Source of the DNA: Pseudomonadota bacterium
Lineage (GTDB): Bacteria; Pseudomonadota; Gammaproteobacteria; Burkholderiales; Rhodocyclaceae
Reading direction: 5' to 3'
Length of the DNA stretch: 47,545 nucleotides
NCBI GenBank assembly: GCA_040386295.1
Contig: JAZKFR010000038.1
Coordinates: 4,933 to 52,477, forward strand
Shown here: piece after piece, positions 36,539 through 45,714 of the stretch
Layout of the letters: each line of letters starts with the position of its first letter
Position numbering within the stretch: the stretch's first letter is position 1
Program-made: the position numbers and the translations under genes
The notes under the pieces: model-generated
What the model saw: the letters and a program-made list of their open reading frames with translations, nothing else
Databases searched by the model: none
What the model was told of the DNA's origin: nothing

Positions 36539-37530
36539 ACTCGCCCCTTATTTCTGCCAGCGCTTTTCCCGTGACGCTGGTCATCCCGATTCTGAATGAG
36601 GCCGAGTCCTTGCCTGAATTGCTGCAGGCGATCAAGGCACAAAAGCATCGTCCCGACGAGATGATTTTTTCTGATGCCGGATCATCCGATGGCAGCGTCG
36701 CCTTAATCGAGGCTTGGTGGCAACGCGAAGCCTGGGTCGGAGCGGCGTGTCGGGTGCTTGTTCTACCCGGCGCGATGCCGGGCGCCGGGCGCAACGCAGG
36801 GGTACGCCTTGCACGCAACGGCTGGATTGCTTTTCTCGACGGCGGCATCACGCCGCACCACGATTGGTTGCAACAGCTGTGTCGTCATGCCCGAGAAAAC
36901 AAAGCGCTGGCCGTCTTCGGTCTATGCCATTTTTCAGCACAGAGCTCGTTTGCCAAAACAGTCTGCGCTTTGTCCTATGGCTACGGCGCGCTACACCCGG
37001 TGATCCCAGCTTCTTTGTTCGCGCGCCCGCTCTTTGAAGCCATCGGCTTCTTTCCTGAACACTTACGTGCTGGCGAAGATATTGTTTGGGTCAATGCCTT
37101 AGTCGCGCGCTATGGTTCGCGCGAAGTGTGCAGCGCGGCGCGCGTTGAGTACACGCACTTCCCGCAGGGCTGGCGCCAGGTGGTACGCAAGTGGCGCTTG
37201 ACCGAAGCGCATTGCGTATTCGCCGGGGTCAGAACAACACAACAAGCGCTCTATTTACTCGGCTTGCCCACCCTGTATCTACTGCTAGGTTTCGGCGGCA
37301 GCGTAGGCTTAGCCACCTTCACCGCTTATCTTGCCTTGCGCGGGGTGATCGACCCGATACGACGTAGTGCGGATCGCCCTTGGTGGCGCGGACGTCCCAG
37401 CGCAGCGCTGAGGGCACCGCTGCTAGTCCTTGCCCTAGACCTCAGCAAATGGTTCGGGATCATGCAAGGTATCGCGCTCAAATGCTGGCGCAAGCTTGCG
37501 CTTAGCGAGGAACAAAATGCTCGCCGTTGA
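36529..37530 (+). CDS. GT2-family glycosyltransferase with C-terminal membrane helices
   Basis: TLVIPILNEAESL, SDAGSSDGS and FLDGG, followed by hydrophobic ALYLLGLPTLYLLLGFGGSVGLATFTAYLAL. Confidence 0.75.
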   Translation: MFLNSPLISASAFPVTLVIPILNEAESLPELLQAIKAQKHRPDEMIFSDAGSSDGSVALIEAWWQREAWVGAACRVLVLPGAMPGAGRNAGVRLARNGWIAFLDGGITPHHDWLQQLCRHARENKALAVFGLCHFSAQSSFAKTVCALSYGYGALHPVIPASLFARPLFEAIGFFPEHLRAGEDIVWVNALVARYGSREVCSAARVEYTHFPQGWRQVVRKWRLTEAHCVFAGVRTTQQALYLLGLPTLYLLLGFGGSVGLATFTAYLALRGVIDPIRRSADRPWWRGRPSAALRAPLLVLALDLSKWFGIMQGIALKCWRKLALSEEQNARR

Positions 37531-38527
37531 ACCTCGGGAAGTACTGTTTCCCAGCGACACCCAGCTGCGTTATTACAGTTTGGCGCGCTATGCCCTGATC
37601 GATGCGCTACACCTGGCCGGGATTGGCCACGGCAGTCGCGTGCTGTTGCCCGGCTACCTATGCCGTGATCTGCTGGCACCGCTGCATTTATTAGGTGCTC
37701 TCGCCTGTTGGTACGAAGTCGCGCCAGATTTATCACCGGCACAATCACCCGAGCTGTGGCCACAAGCGGACGCTGTGTTAGCCATCAATTACTTCGGTTT
37801 TGCGCAAGATCTAAGGCCATTCCAAAGCTATGCGCAGCGTACTGGCGCAGTGCTTATCGAAGACAACGCACACGGTTATCTGAGTCGAGATCAAGACGGT
37901 TGCTGGCTCGGCTGTCGTGCCACTTTGGGACTGTTTAGCCTGCGTAAAACCTTGCGTATTCCTGACGGTGCTGTGCTGTGGTTTAGCGCACTGCCCAGTA
38001 CACGCACAATCCCGCAACAACTTCCGTTCTCTGGACACGGGCTTAATCCAGCGCAACTGAGCAAAGCCCGTTTGCGCCGCCTACCGCTGATCGGCGAAAC
38101 GCTCTATCGGAGCTCAATAGCGCTCGCTCGATGGCTACGTAAGCAACGCACAGGCAGTGCAACGCCGACGACAGACCCAAACTCTGAATATTTAGTACCT
38201 GGCTCGCCACAACCCTGGTCTGGATTACGCGCCGCACTAGCTGCTTGCGTCGCATCAAGAGAAATTGAACGACGTCGAACAGCCTATCTACGCTGTGCAG
38301 AAATCGGCGTGCGCGTCGGCGCGCGGCCTATCTTTAGTCACTTACCCGATTATTGCGCGCCCTACGCCTTCGCCTTTCGCGCCGACCAAACAGCGCTCGA
38401 CGCGATGCGACGCTATGCTGCCGAGCAGGGCTTCGATCTAGTCAGCTGGCCAGATCTACCTGAAGAAATCGTCAGCCAAGCGCCAACGCATTATTGCAAC
38501 GTATTTTTGATCAATTTCTTATGGTGA
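37517..38527 (+). CDS. DegT-like PLP-fold protein, N-terminally short and atypical
   Basis: ARYALIDALHLAGIGHGSRVLLPGY, LIEDNAHGY and LFSLRKTLRIPDGAVL parallel the DegT/DnrJ core, including a candidate PLP lysine. The usual first ~40 aa are absent. Confidence 0.5.
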   Translation: MLAVEPREVLFPSDTQLRYYSLARYALIDALHLAGIGHGSRVLLPGYLCRDLLAPLHLLGALACWYEVAPDLSPAQSPELWPQADAVLAINYFGFAQDLRPFQSYAQRTGAVLIEDNAHGYLSRDQDGCWLGCRATLGLFSLRKTLRIPDGAVLWFSALPSTRTIPQQLPFSGHGLNPAQLSKARLRRLPLIGETLYRSSIALARWLRKQRTGSATPTTDPNSEYLVPGSPQPWSGLRAALAACVASREIERRRTAYLRCAEIGVRVGARPIFSHLPDYCAPYAFAFRADQTALDAMRRYAAEQGFDLVSWPDLPEEIVSQAPTHYCNVFLINFLW

Positions 38528-39501
38528 TTTGGACACAATATCGGGGCTCAGCGTCTGCCTGGGACGAACACGTAGCGGCCTTGTCCGGGGGTTTCTACCA
38601 GAGCTATGGCTGGGCTGAGGTACGCCGGGTCGCTGGCTGGCAAGCCTTACGTATGCTGGCAAAACAAGATGGGCAGCTTGTTTGCGCCGCCAGCATCTTG
38701 GTCAAACGCAAGCTTGGCGTCGCGGTGTGTTGGATTCCCGGCGGTCCGCTAGGCTCAGCTCAGCTGCTCGACGATCACTTTCGCTCGGCCTTGAGCCAAG
38801 CCCTCGGAACGCCTGCCGTCTATTGTCGCCTGAGCCTGCTACGGCCTGCGCAGACAGGGGAAGAGACCTTTCTGCGCGCTTCAAGCTGGACGCGACCCGC
38901 TGTCGCCATGAGTAGCGGACTGACGATGTGTTACTCGCTCGCAGGCGATGAAAGCGAACGTTTAAAGCGGACGAGTGGTAATTGGCGGCACAACTTAAAG
39001 CGCTCTGGACGCTACGGACTGCGCATTGAACATTGGGCGCACCCCGATCTGGCCGCCATTTCTGCTCTGTACCGAGAAATGGAAGCGCTCAAAGGCTTAC
39101 CCGTACAACATAGCGAGACCGAGCTGGCTGCGATGTTTGCACAGTGCGGCAAACAGATCGTCATTTATCGTTGTCTCGATAGCGCAGGACGTTTGTTGGC
39201 GCTACGGGCCGCTGGTTTGTGTGCTACGACGGCGATGGATTTGCTCGCCGCAGCTGGCGGCGAAGCACGTAAGGTGTATGCCTCGCACGCCACACTTTGG
39301 GGCTTACTCGATCATTGCAGCCAGCTCGGATTAGTTGACTACGATTTGAGCGGCGTTGACCCCGAAGGAAACAAAGGCGTATTTGATTTCAAACACGGCA
39401 CAGGCGCTGTATTAACGCAATGCTTGGGTGAGTGGGAGTGGGCTTCGCTACCGGGTTTATGCTCAGCCGTTAATTACTTGCTCAAACGCAAAGGCGTTTG
39501 A
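38521..39501 (+). CDS. FemAB-like / GNAT-fold aminoacyl or acyl transferase
   Basis: FYQSYGWAEV, NWRHNLKRS and FDFKHGTGA resemble the FemABX / Acetyltransf_6 layout. It is the last gene of the operon. Confidence 0.6.
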   Translation: MVIWTQYRGSASAWDEHVAALSGGFYQSYGWAEVRRVAGWQALRMLAKQDGQLVCAASILVKRKLGVAVCWIPGGPLGSAQLLDDHFRSALSQALGTPAVYCRLSLLRPAQTGEETFLRASSWTRPAVAMSSGLTMCYSLAGDESERLKRTSGNWRHNLKRSGRYGLRIEHWAHPDLAAISALYREMEALKGLPVQHSETELAAMFAQCGKQIVIYRCLDSAGRLLALRAAGLCATTAMDLLAAAGGEARKVYASHATLWGLLDHCSQLGLVDYDLSGVDPEGNKGVFDFKHGTGAVLTQCLGEWEWASLPGLCSAVNYLLKRKGV

Positions 39502-39517
39502 GCAAGGTACTGCGACA

Positions 39518-40738
39518 TTACGGCGCTTTGGCGCTGGGCGCGGGCGCTTGTCGCCGCAAAGGTGGCGGACTCATTGACGCGGCCAAGAATAGCCAGACTA
39601 GGGCAAGCAGCGAACTCAGCACAAAAATAGCGCCAGTGCCCACGTTCTGACTCAACCATCCGCCCAAACTACCGCCTAGAAACAAACCGCAGGCTTGCAT
39701 GGTGTTGTACACGCCCAGGGCAAAGCCGCGTGCGTGCGCCGGAGCGGTACGCGAAATCAACGACGGTAGGCTGGCTTCAAGCACATTAAAAGCCAAAAAG
39801 AAGCAGACCATTAGCCCGCACAGCGCAGGAAAGCTCTCGCGCCCAAAGAGAAAGCCAATTTGCGTTAGCAACAACAGCGTAATCGCGGCCAGAAATACTT
39901 GTTTTACCTTGCCGTGGCGTTCAGAAAAAAGAATCACCGGAACCATCAATACAAAAGAAAGCAGAATCGCGGGCAAGTAGATTTTCCAGTGCTCAGCCAA
40001 AGGCAAATCACCGCTAAAACGTAAAGCCTGAGGGACCACGACAAACATCGCCATCTGCATTAAGTGCAAACAAAAAATACCAAAATTAAGGCGTAGCAAC
40101 TGTGGGTTGCGCAAGACCTCGGCTTTACGCATAACAGTTTGCGGCTTGATCAACGGCGGCGCAGGCGGCACCAAATAGAGCACCAGCAAAATAGCGCCCA
40201 AGGCTAAAACTCCCGTCAACGCAAACAATCCTGACAGGCCAATCAAGGCGTAGAGCAAAGGTGCGGCAACAAGCGAACCAGCAAAGACTAAGCCAATCGA
40301 CGAGCCGATCATCGCCATCACTTTGGTGCGATGTTGCTCACGCGTCAGATCAGCCGCAAGCGCACTGACCGCCGCCGAGATAGCGCCCGCGCCCTGCACT
40401 ATGCGCCCGGCCAAAATGCCGTATAAATCGGTAGAAAAAGCAGCGAGTAGGCTGCCTAAGGCAAACAGAATCAAACCAAAAACGATCACCGGTTTGCGCC
40501 CAAACCGATCCGACGCCATGCCAAACGGAATTTGAAACAGCGCTTGAGTCAGCCCGTAAGCACCGAGCGCAAGCCCCACCAAGGTGAGATTGTCCCCGCC
40601 CGGCAGTGCGCGCGCGGCAACCGAAAAAACCGGCAGTATCAAAAACAGCCCGAGCATGCGCAGGCCAAAAATAGCGGCCAAACTAACGCCAGCGCGGCGT
40701 TCGGCGGAGGTCATTCGGTCTTTAGTTGGGGAATACAT
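39518..40738 (-). CDS. MFS transporter, YajR-like
   Basis: MTSAERRAGVSLAAIFGLRMLGLFLILPV...GLTQALFQIPFGMASDRFGRKP...DLTREQHRTK tracks E. coli YajR as I recall it; about 12 TM helices. Confidence 0.8.
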   Translation of the reverse strand: MYSPTKDRMTSAERRAGVSLAAIFGLRMLGLFLILPVFSVAARALPGGDNLTLVGLALGAYGLTQALFQIPFGMASDRFGRKPVIVFGLILFALGSLLAAFSTDLYGILAGRIVQGAGAISAAVSALAADLTREQHRTKVMAMIGSSIGLVFAGSLVAAPLLYALIGLSGLFALTGVLALGAILLVLYLVPPAPPLIKPQTVMRKAEVLRNPQLLRLNFGIFCLHLMQMAMFVVVPQALRFSGDLPLAEHWKIYLPAILLSFVLMVPVILFSERHGKVKQVFLAAITLLLLTQIGFLFGRESFPALCGLMVCFFLAFNVLEASLPSLISRTAPAHARGFALGVYNTMQACGLFLGGSLGGWLSQNVGTGAIFVLSSLLALVWLFLAASMSPPPLRRQAPAPSAKAP

Positions 40739-41141
40739 GGATGGCGAGACTCGAAAATAGACTGTGATTTACCGCCTAGTGCGCAAACTAAGACAAGCCG
40801 GCACACAGGCAGTCGTGCATCTTATCAGCTTGCTGACACCTTCCGCCATCCGGGAATGCGGCGGAATGATATGCGCAGGAAGAAACCAAAGAGCAGCCAA
40901 AAGGATGCGCTGAACGCACATAAGCGCTTTGCCTTGGCTCGGAGAAGCGCTGTGTATTGACACAGAACAGAGGAACTGTTTACAGTCCAGCCCATGTCTA
41001 ACCACGCCTCTCCCCTCTATTATTTTTTCCGCGAAGTGTCCTTCTGCGGTCTGCTTGCGCGCCCTCTGCTGCGCCCAGCGCGCTAAAAATCCCCCACCCC
41101 TTCGTTGCATCCTTGTATTTATCCGCTGTTCAACACTGGCA

Positions 41142-41200
41142 GTTGTAGCGGGCGGTTGCAACGGGCAATTGTTGCAGGCGTTGTAACGGGCGTTACAACG
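41142..41200 (+). promoter_or_regulatory. Five tandem GTTGYARCGGGC-type repeats / nested palindromes in the leuA leader
   Basis: GTTGTAGCGGGC, GTTGCAACGGGC, GTTGCAGGC, GTTGTAACGGGC and GTTACAACG occur in tandem. TTGTAAC-GGGC-GTTACAA forms a perfect hairpin. The array ends about 80 nt upstream of the leuA ATG. Confidence 0.4.
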
Positions 41201-41281
41201 TATTGAAGCTTTCGTACGCGCAGCGCCGAGCGTTAACTTAGACCGATCTAAAAATTCCGCCGTCATCACTTTGGAGCCCCC

Positions 41282-42814
41282 ATGAAAAATCAACTCATCA
41301 TTTTTGACACCACCTTGCGCGATGGCGAACAAAGCCCAGGCGCTTCAATGACCAAGGAAGAAAAAATCCGCGTCGCCTGGCAATTAGAGCGCCTCAAAGT
41401 CGATGTCATCGAGGCGGGTTTTGCGGCTGCCTCGCCGGGTGATTTCGACGCTATCCGTTCGATTGCAGAAACAATCAAAGACTCGACCATTTGCTCGCTC
41501 GCACGCGCTAACGAGAACGATGTGCGACGCGCAGGCGAGGCGATCAAGCCAGCGGCACGCGGACGAATTCATACTTTCATTGCCACCAGTCCGATCCACA
41601 TGGAGAAGAAGCTGCGTATGACGCCCGACCAAGTGGTCGAAGCGGCCGTTAAAGCGGTGCGCTGGGCGCAGGAATACACCGATGATGTCGAGTTTTCAGC
41701 CGAAGACGCCGGTCGCTCGGACTTTGATTTTCTCTGTCGCATTTTTGACGCCGTGATCAAAGCCGGAGCACGCACGATCAATGTGCCAGACACCGTCGGC
41801 TACAACGTCCCAGCCGTTTGGGGCGAGCATATGCGCCGCTTGATCGAACGAGTGCCTGGCGCCGATACGGTAATTTGGTCCACGCACTGCCATAACGACC
41901 TCGGCATGGCTGTTGCTAACTCACTCGCTGCCGTTCTGGCTGGCGCAAGACAAGTTGAATGCACCATCAATGGCTTGGGCGAACGCGCTGGCAATGCAGC
42001 GCTTGAAGAAATTGTCATGGCCGTGAATACGCGCAGCGATTTGTTCGGGGTAGAAACGCGCATCGACACCACACAAATCGTGCCCAGCTCAAAACTGGTA
42101 GCGCAAATCACGGGGTATCCCGTGCAACCGAACAAAGCCATTGTCGGCGCCAACGCGTTTGCGCACGAATCAGGAATTCATCAAGACGGCGTACTCAAGC
42201 ACCGTGAAACCTACGAAATCATGCGCGCCGAAGACGTTGGCTGGACACAAAACAAACTCGTGCTAGGCAAACACTCAGGCCGTAACGCATTTAAAAACCG
42301 GCTGAGCGAACTCGGCATTGTGCTCGCCGGCGACGCCGCGCTGAACGCCGCCTTTGCCCGCTTCAAAGTCCTCGCCGACAAAAAACATGAGATTTTTGAC
42401 GAAGACTTACAGGCACTGGTTTCGGACGAAGCCGTGCTGCCCGAAGGCGAGCCATACAAACTGGTTTATTCACACGTCTGCTCTGAAACCGGAGAAGCCT
42501 CAATCGCGCATGTCACCTTAGACATAGAAGGCAACGAGAAAAAAGGCGCCGGCGAAGGCGACGGCCCTGTCGACGCCGTATTCAAAGCAATCGAACAAAT
42601 CACCCAGAGCGAAGCGGAGCTCTTGCTCTACTCGGTCAATGCCATCACGACCGGCACCGACGCCCAAGGTGAAGTGACAGTTCGCCTGGCCAAAGGCGGG
42701 CGCATCGTCAACGGTAACGGAGCCGATACCGACATCGTTGTCGCCTCAGTCAAAGCCTATCTCAACGCACTCAACAAACTGCACTCTGCACGCGAACGCG
42801 TGCGCCCTCAGTAA
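41282..42814 (+). CDS. leuA: 2-isopropylmalate synthase
   Basis: [26 protein letters not shown] and HESGIHQDG, plus a C-terminal LeuA allosteric domain; 510 aa. Confidence 0.95.
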   Translation: MKNQLIIFDTTLRDGEQSPGASMTKEEKIRVAWQLERLKVDVIEAGFAAASPGDFDAIRSIAETIKDSTICSLARANENDVRRAGEAIKPAARGRIHTFIATSPIHMEKKLRMTPDQVVEAAVKAVRWAQEYTDDVEFSAEDAGRSDFDFLCRIFDAVIKAGARTINVPDTVGYNVPAVWGEHMRRLIERVPGADTVIWSTHCHNDLGMAVANSLAAVLAGARQVECTINGLGERAGNAALEEIVMAVNTRSDLFGVETRIDTTQIVPSSKLVAQITGYPVQPNKAIVGANAFAHESGIHQDGVLKHRETYEIMRAEDVGWTQNKLVLGKHSGRNAFKNRLSELGIVLAGDAALNAAFARFKVLADKKHEIFDEDLQALVSDEAVLPEGEPYKLVYSHVCSETGEASIAHVTLDIEGNEKKGAGEGDGPVDAVFKAIEQITQSEAELLLYSVNAITTGTDAQGEVTVRLAKGGRIVNGNGADTDIVVASVKAYLNALNKLHSARERVRPQ

Positions 42815-42823
42815 AGGCAAGGC

Positions 42824-42853
42824 GCGCTGCGGCAGTGGGCATAGCCGCAGCGC
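42824..42853 (+). terminator. 10-bp stem hairpin after leuA (terminator-like, no U-tract)
   Basis: GCGCTGCGGC, a 10-nt loop, then GCCGCAGCGC, beginning 10 nt after the leuA stop. Confidence 0.35.
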
Positions 42854-43073
42854 CTAGCTAATTCCAATTTGCCCTAAAACGGAACACAAACCGCGCATGG
42901 CGGAAACATCATGGCGGCAGGGAACTTTTTGCTAATTTTTGTCCCTAATTTAATGACGTGCCACGCTTGCCATTTTGCTATTGCGAATGACTGAAACAAC
43001 TTGCGACGGCAGGCGGCAACAAACTGCATCGAGCTCTAACACACTCAAAACGAATTCACTTAAGGCTTAACTC

Positions 43074-45236
43074 ATGCCGAATAACGCAATCACCAGCACC
43101 TTGCCAAGTTTCCAGCCGATTGCTTGGTCTCTGCCGAAGGAGGATGTAAGGAACCAGCTCGGGCATCTCCCCCTGGCTGAGTTAGGGGGCTTGGTCGATC
43201 AAGTAGAGACTTTCCTCATGGCATCTGCAGAGAGCAAGCCGCACATGCCAGTTCCGCCCTTGGTCTTAAGCATCTTGGACGATATGGGGTTTTCTGAACA
43301 CCAGCTTGATCTTAGCTTTTTGGCGCGCAGCTTATTGCAAGCGGGCGACAGCGCAAATGCTCAAGCGCCTAAATTCCAAGCAGTAAGAGAAGAGCTATTG
43401 CATCGATTGCATTTTTGCGCAGCCAAAACCCATCCCTGGCCATACAGCCCAGAAGAGGGAAACAGAGCATTGAACGCCCACGCGGGAACAAAGGGCTTCG
43501 CCAACATTCAAGATGCACCGTTTGACGAGATTACGGCGAAACTCGAGACCGATACGATAAACAGCGCGTTGGCTGAGTTAAGCATCCTCACCGAGCTTCA
43601 GCTTAGCCATACAGAAACCTATGCCCAGGCAGAAGCAATCTATAAGCAAAAAAATTACCAAGAAACCATTCAGCTATGTCACGAAGCAATCGACCAGGGC
43701 ACTGCAGATGCTCGTTTTTACGCCTTAAAAGGCCAAGCAGAATATGCCTTGTGTCAATACAAAGAGGCGAGCCAAAGTTTTAGTGCCGCGCTTGAGCGTG
43801 GCGATAGACGACCTCTGCTTTATGCTGCATTGGGGAAGGCGCAGCGGCGATGCGGTCAGTATGCTGAAGCAGTGCATAGTTTGTGCTCTGCGCTTTATTT
43901 TTGCGGAGACAAAGACGAGCTGACTTACGAAGTCACGTTGGCGCGAATACAGGCTAGACAATACGAGAGCAAGATAGATTTTAAAAAACTATCCGATACG
44001 CAGTTGAGCGAGTTAGCGCCACTACTCGACCAAAATGGACGGGCAGCAATGGCTGATCGGATCGCAGGAATTTTCGGGGTGGGCGGGGTGAGCGCGGCTG
44101 ACGTACTCGCCAATTTGCGCGCAGAACAAGAGGCACGGCAGAAGTTTGATCAAATCGCAGTGAATGCTTTCCATGTGTCATCAACAGCGCTTAAGCTCGA
44201 ACTTGGACAGGGGATGCAGGCGCTCAACCCCCCTCTAACAGAGGCTGCGCAGAGAAAACTTGCGGGTGAAGCGTTTGCCCAAAGCTTTAGTCGATTCCTA
44301 CAGCAGACGACAGGATTAGATGCAGAGCCCGAAAGTAATGCGGCACTGGCTAGAAAACTCTGTGCTGCATTGGGTATTCCAGAAGGTTTTTGCTTTGAGC
44401 TACTGTGTTTCCAGAAAGCGTTCCAGGCCTGGCGAAACTGCTCAGAAATTTCAGAAGCCTTGCGCCTGCGTCCAGATTTCGAGAATAGGCTCAAAAAATC
44501 CGAATCGGAGATCACTGACATTTCGCGTGAGGAATTCGTGTCAGTGCTGACCGTACCCAGCTATCGTGCAGCACTCATTGAGAAATATCAGCCTTTAGCT
44601 CAAAGAGCAGCGCAATTTATAAAGAATACTTATGCCGGGCTAATTGTCTCAGATGACGCTGTTTTCTTGAGTAGCTCACGGTCTACAGAGTTACGCGCAG
44701 CCCTGCAGAGGGGCGATTTAAAAGTGCAGCTGAGGGCGTATTTTCAGGCTGTCGCCGAAGGGGGCTCCGTAGCCAATTATGCGAATCTCTCAAGCTACAA
44801 CGAGCTTGCCCTGGCAGAAATTCAGGCGATTGCAAGGCAATATCAAGCTTATTTGGCGCCCATCCCCTCTCAAACGTTAGCGGATTTTAAGCGTGCCCTT
44901 AGCGAGAAAATAGCCCTGCATCAAACCGCTTCGGGACAAGCCAACGCTCGCATCAGGCAATTGCATGATCGGCCACCTCAAGACGGAACGACAGCCGCAG
45001 AACGCCTGCGTATCTTGGATCAATCTATGCTCGAAGCTGAAGATTTAAGCGCCAAACAGAGCTATCTAATGAAAGCCTTAGACTTGCCTCCAACAACTAG
45101 CCAAATCTATTTGTCCATCATAAAAATGAATCCAGGCTGGCTGACGCATATCCCAGAAGATGTTGCAAAGACTAAGTTCACCGAGGTTCTAGTTGAGACC
45201 GTTGTTCAGTGCATCCAAAACAACGATCCAGCCTAA
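43074..45236 (+). CDS. Orphan 720-aa protein: shared N-terminal domain, 2-3 TPR units, unique C-terminal region
   Basis: A long ORF with an N-terminus rich in Ser/Thr/Pro/Asn. TPR-like units include GTADARFYALKGQAEYALCQYKEASQSFSAALER and GDRRPLLYAALGKAQRRCGQYAEAVHSL. The N-terminal ~110 aa are paralogous to the next gene. Confidence 0.8.
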   Translation: MPNNAITSTLPSFQPIAWSLPKEDVRNQLGHLPLAELGGLVDQVETFLMASAESKPHMPVPPLVLSILDDMGFSEHQLDLSFLARSLLQAGDSANAQAPKFQAVREELLHRLHFCAAKTHPWPYSPEEGNRALNAHAGTKGFANIQDAPFDEITAKLETDTINSALAELSILTELQLSHTETYAQAEAIYKQKNYQETIQLCHEAIDQGTADARFYALKGQAEYALCQYKEASQSFSAALERGDRRPLLYAALGKAQRRCGQYAEAVHSLCSALYFCGDKDELTYEVTLARIQARQYESKIDFKKLSDTQLSELAPLLDQNGRAAMADRIAGIFGVGGVSAADVLANLRAEQEARQKFDQIAVNAFHVSSTALKLELGQGMQALNPPLTEAAQRKLAGEAFAQSFSRFLQQTTGLDAEPESNAALARKLCAALGIPEGFCFELLCFQKAFQAWRNCSEISEALRLRPDFENRLKKSESEITDISREEFVSVLTVPSYRAALIEKYQPLAQRAAQFIKNTYAGLIVSDDAVFLSSSRSTELRAALQRGDLKVQLRAYFQAVAEGGSVANYANLSSYNELALAEIQAIARQYQAYLAPIPSQTLADFKRALSEKIALHQTASGQANARIRQLHDRPPQDGTTAAERLRILDQSMLEAEDLSAKQSYLMKALDLPPTTSQIYLSIIKMNPGWLTHIPEDVAKTKFTEVLVETVVQCIQNNDPA

Positions 45237-45283
45237 ACAAATTCAACGCGCTGGCAAAGTACCAAACCAACGTCTTCGCTATG

Positions 45284-45326
45284 ACCCCGACTGACCCGCT
45301 CACCCGGCGTCGCTCGGGGTTTTTTT
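45284..45326 (+). terminator. Rho-independent terminator
   Basis: ACCCCGA (45284-45290) pairs with TCGGGGT (45314-45320), followed by TTTTTT. Confidence 0.65.
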
Positions 45327-45507
45327 GGGCATTGATTCGCTAGCCCGGTTTCGCGATCTGTGCACCAGCGATGACCTGCCTGGCTCCCATCGCCCACAAG
45401 TGGGCGAGGGAATGATGCTGGTCAGTGAGCGCGTAGTCGCTTGTGCAGAGGTCTTTCGGTTTGCGCAGTCTCAATCCCGATAGACGTACGGTGGCCGTGA
45501 AAAAGTC

Positions 45508-45538
45508 TTGACAGTGATTGCTTAGCCATAGCTATGAT
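45508..45538 (+). promoter_or_regulatory. Candidate sigma70 promoter for the TPR-array gene
   Basis: Perfect -35 TTGACA (45508-45513) and TATGAT (45533-45538), but the spacer is a long 19 nt. Confidence 0.3.
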
Positions 45539-45714
45539 TGACGGATTGTGCACTTACGATCACCTGAGCATGACAACGAACTCGCCTAGGGAAGAAATCA
45601 CGGCGACACAGCGGGTGTTCGTCATGTTGCTGTCAACTGATTACAATGCGGCGGCTTGTCACTACGATGGCATGCGCCAAACCTTGAATAACTCAATCAA
45701 TAGACTCTTGACTT

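Noticed and set aside
39502-39517. Expected terminator between the convergent operon end and the MFS gene
   Set aside because: Only 16 nt separate the two stop codons, and no stem-loop or U-tract fits there. If termination occurs it must lie within the MFS coding region, and I cannot support a call.
40769-41332. 187-aa minus-strand ORF spanning the yajR-like/leuA intergenic region
   Set aside because: It overlaps the leuA start codon and the repeat-rich leader and has no motifs. It occupies what should be a divergent promoter region.
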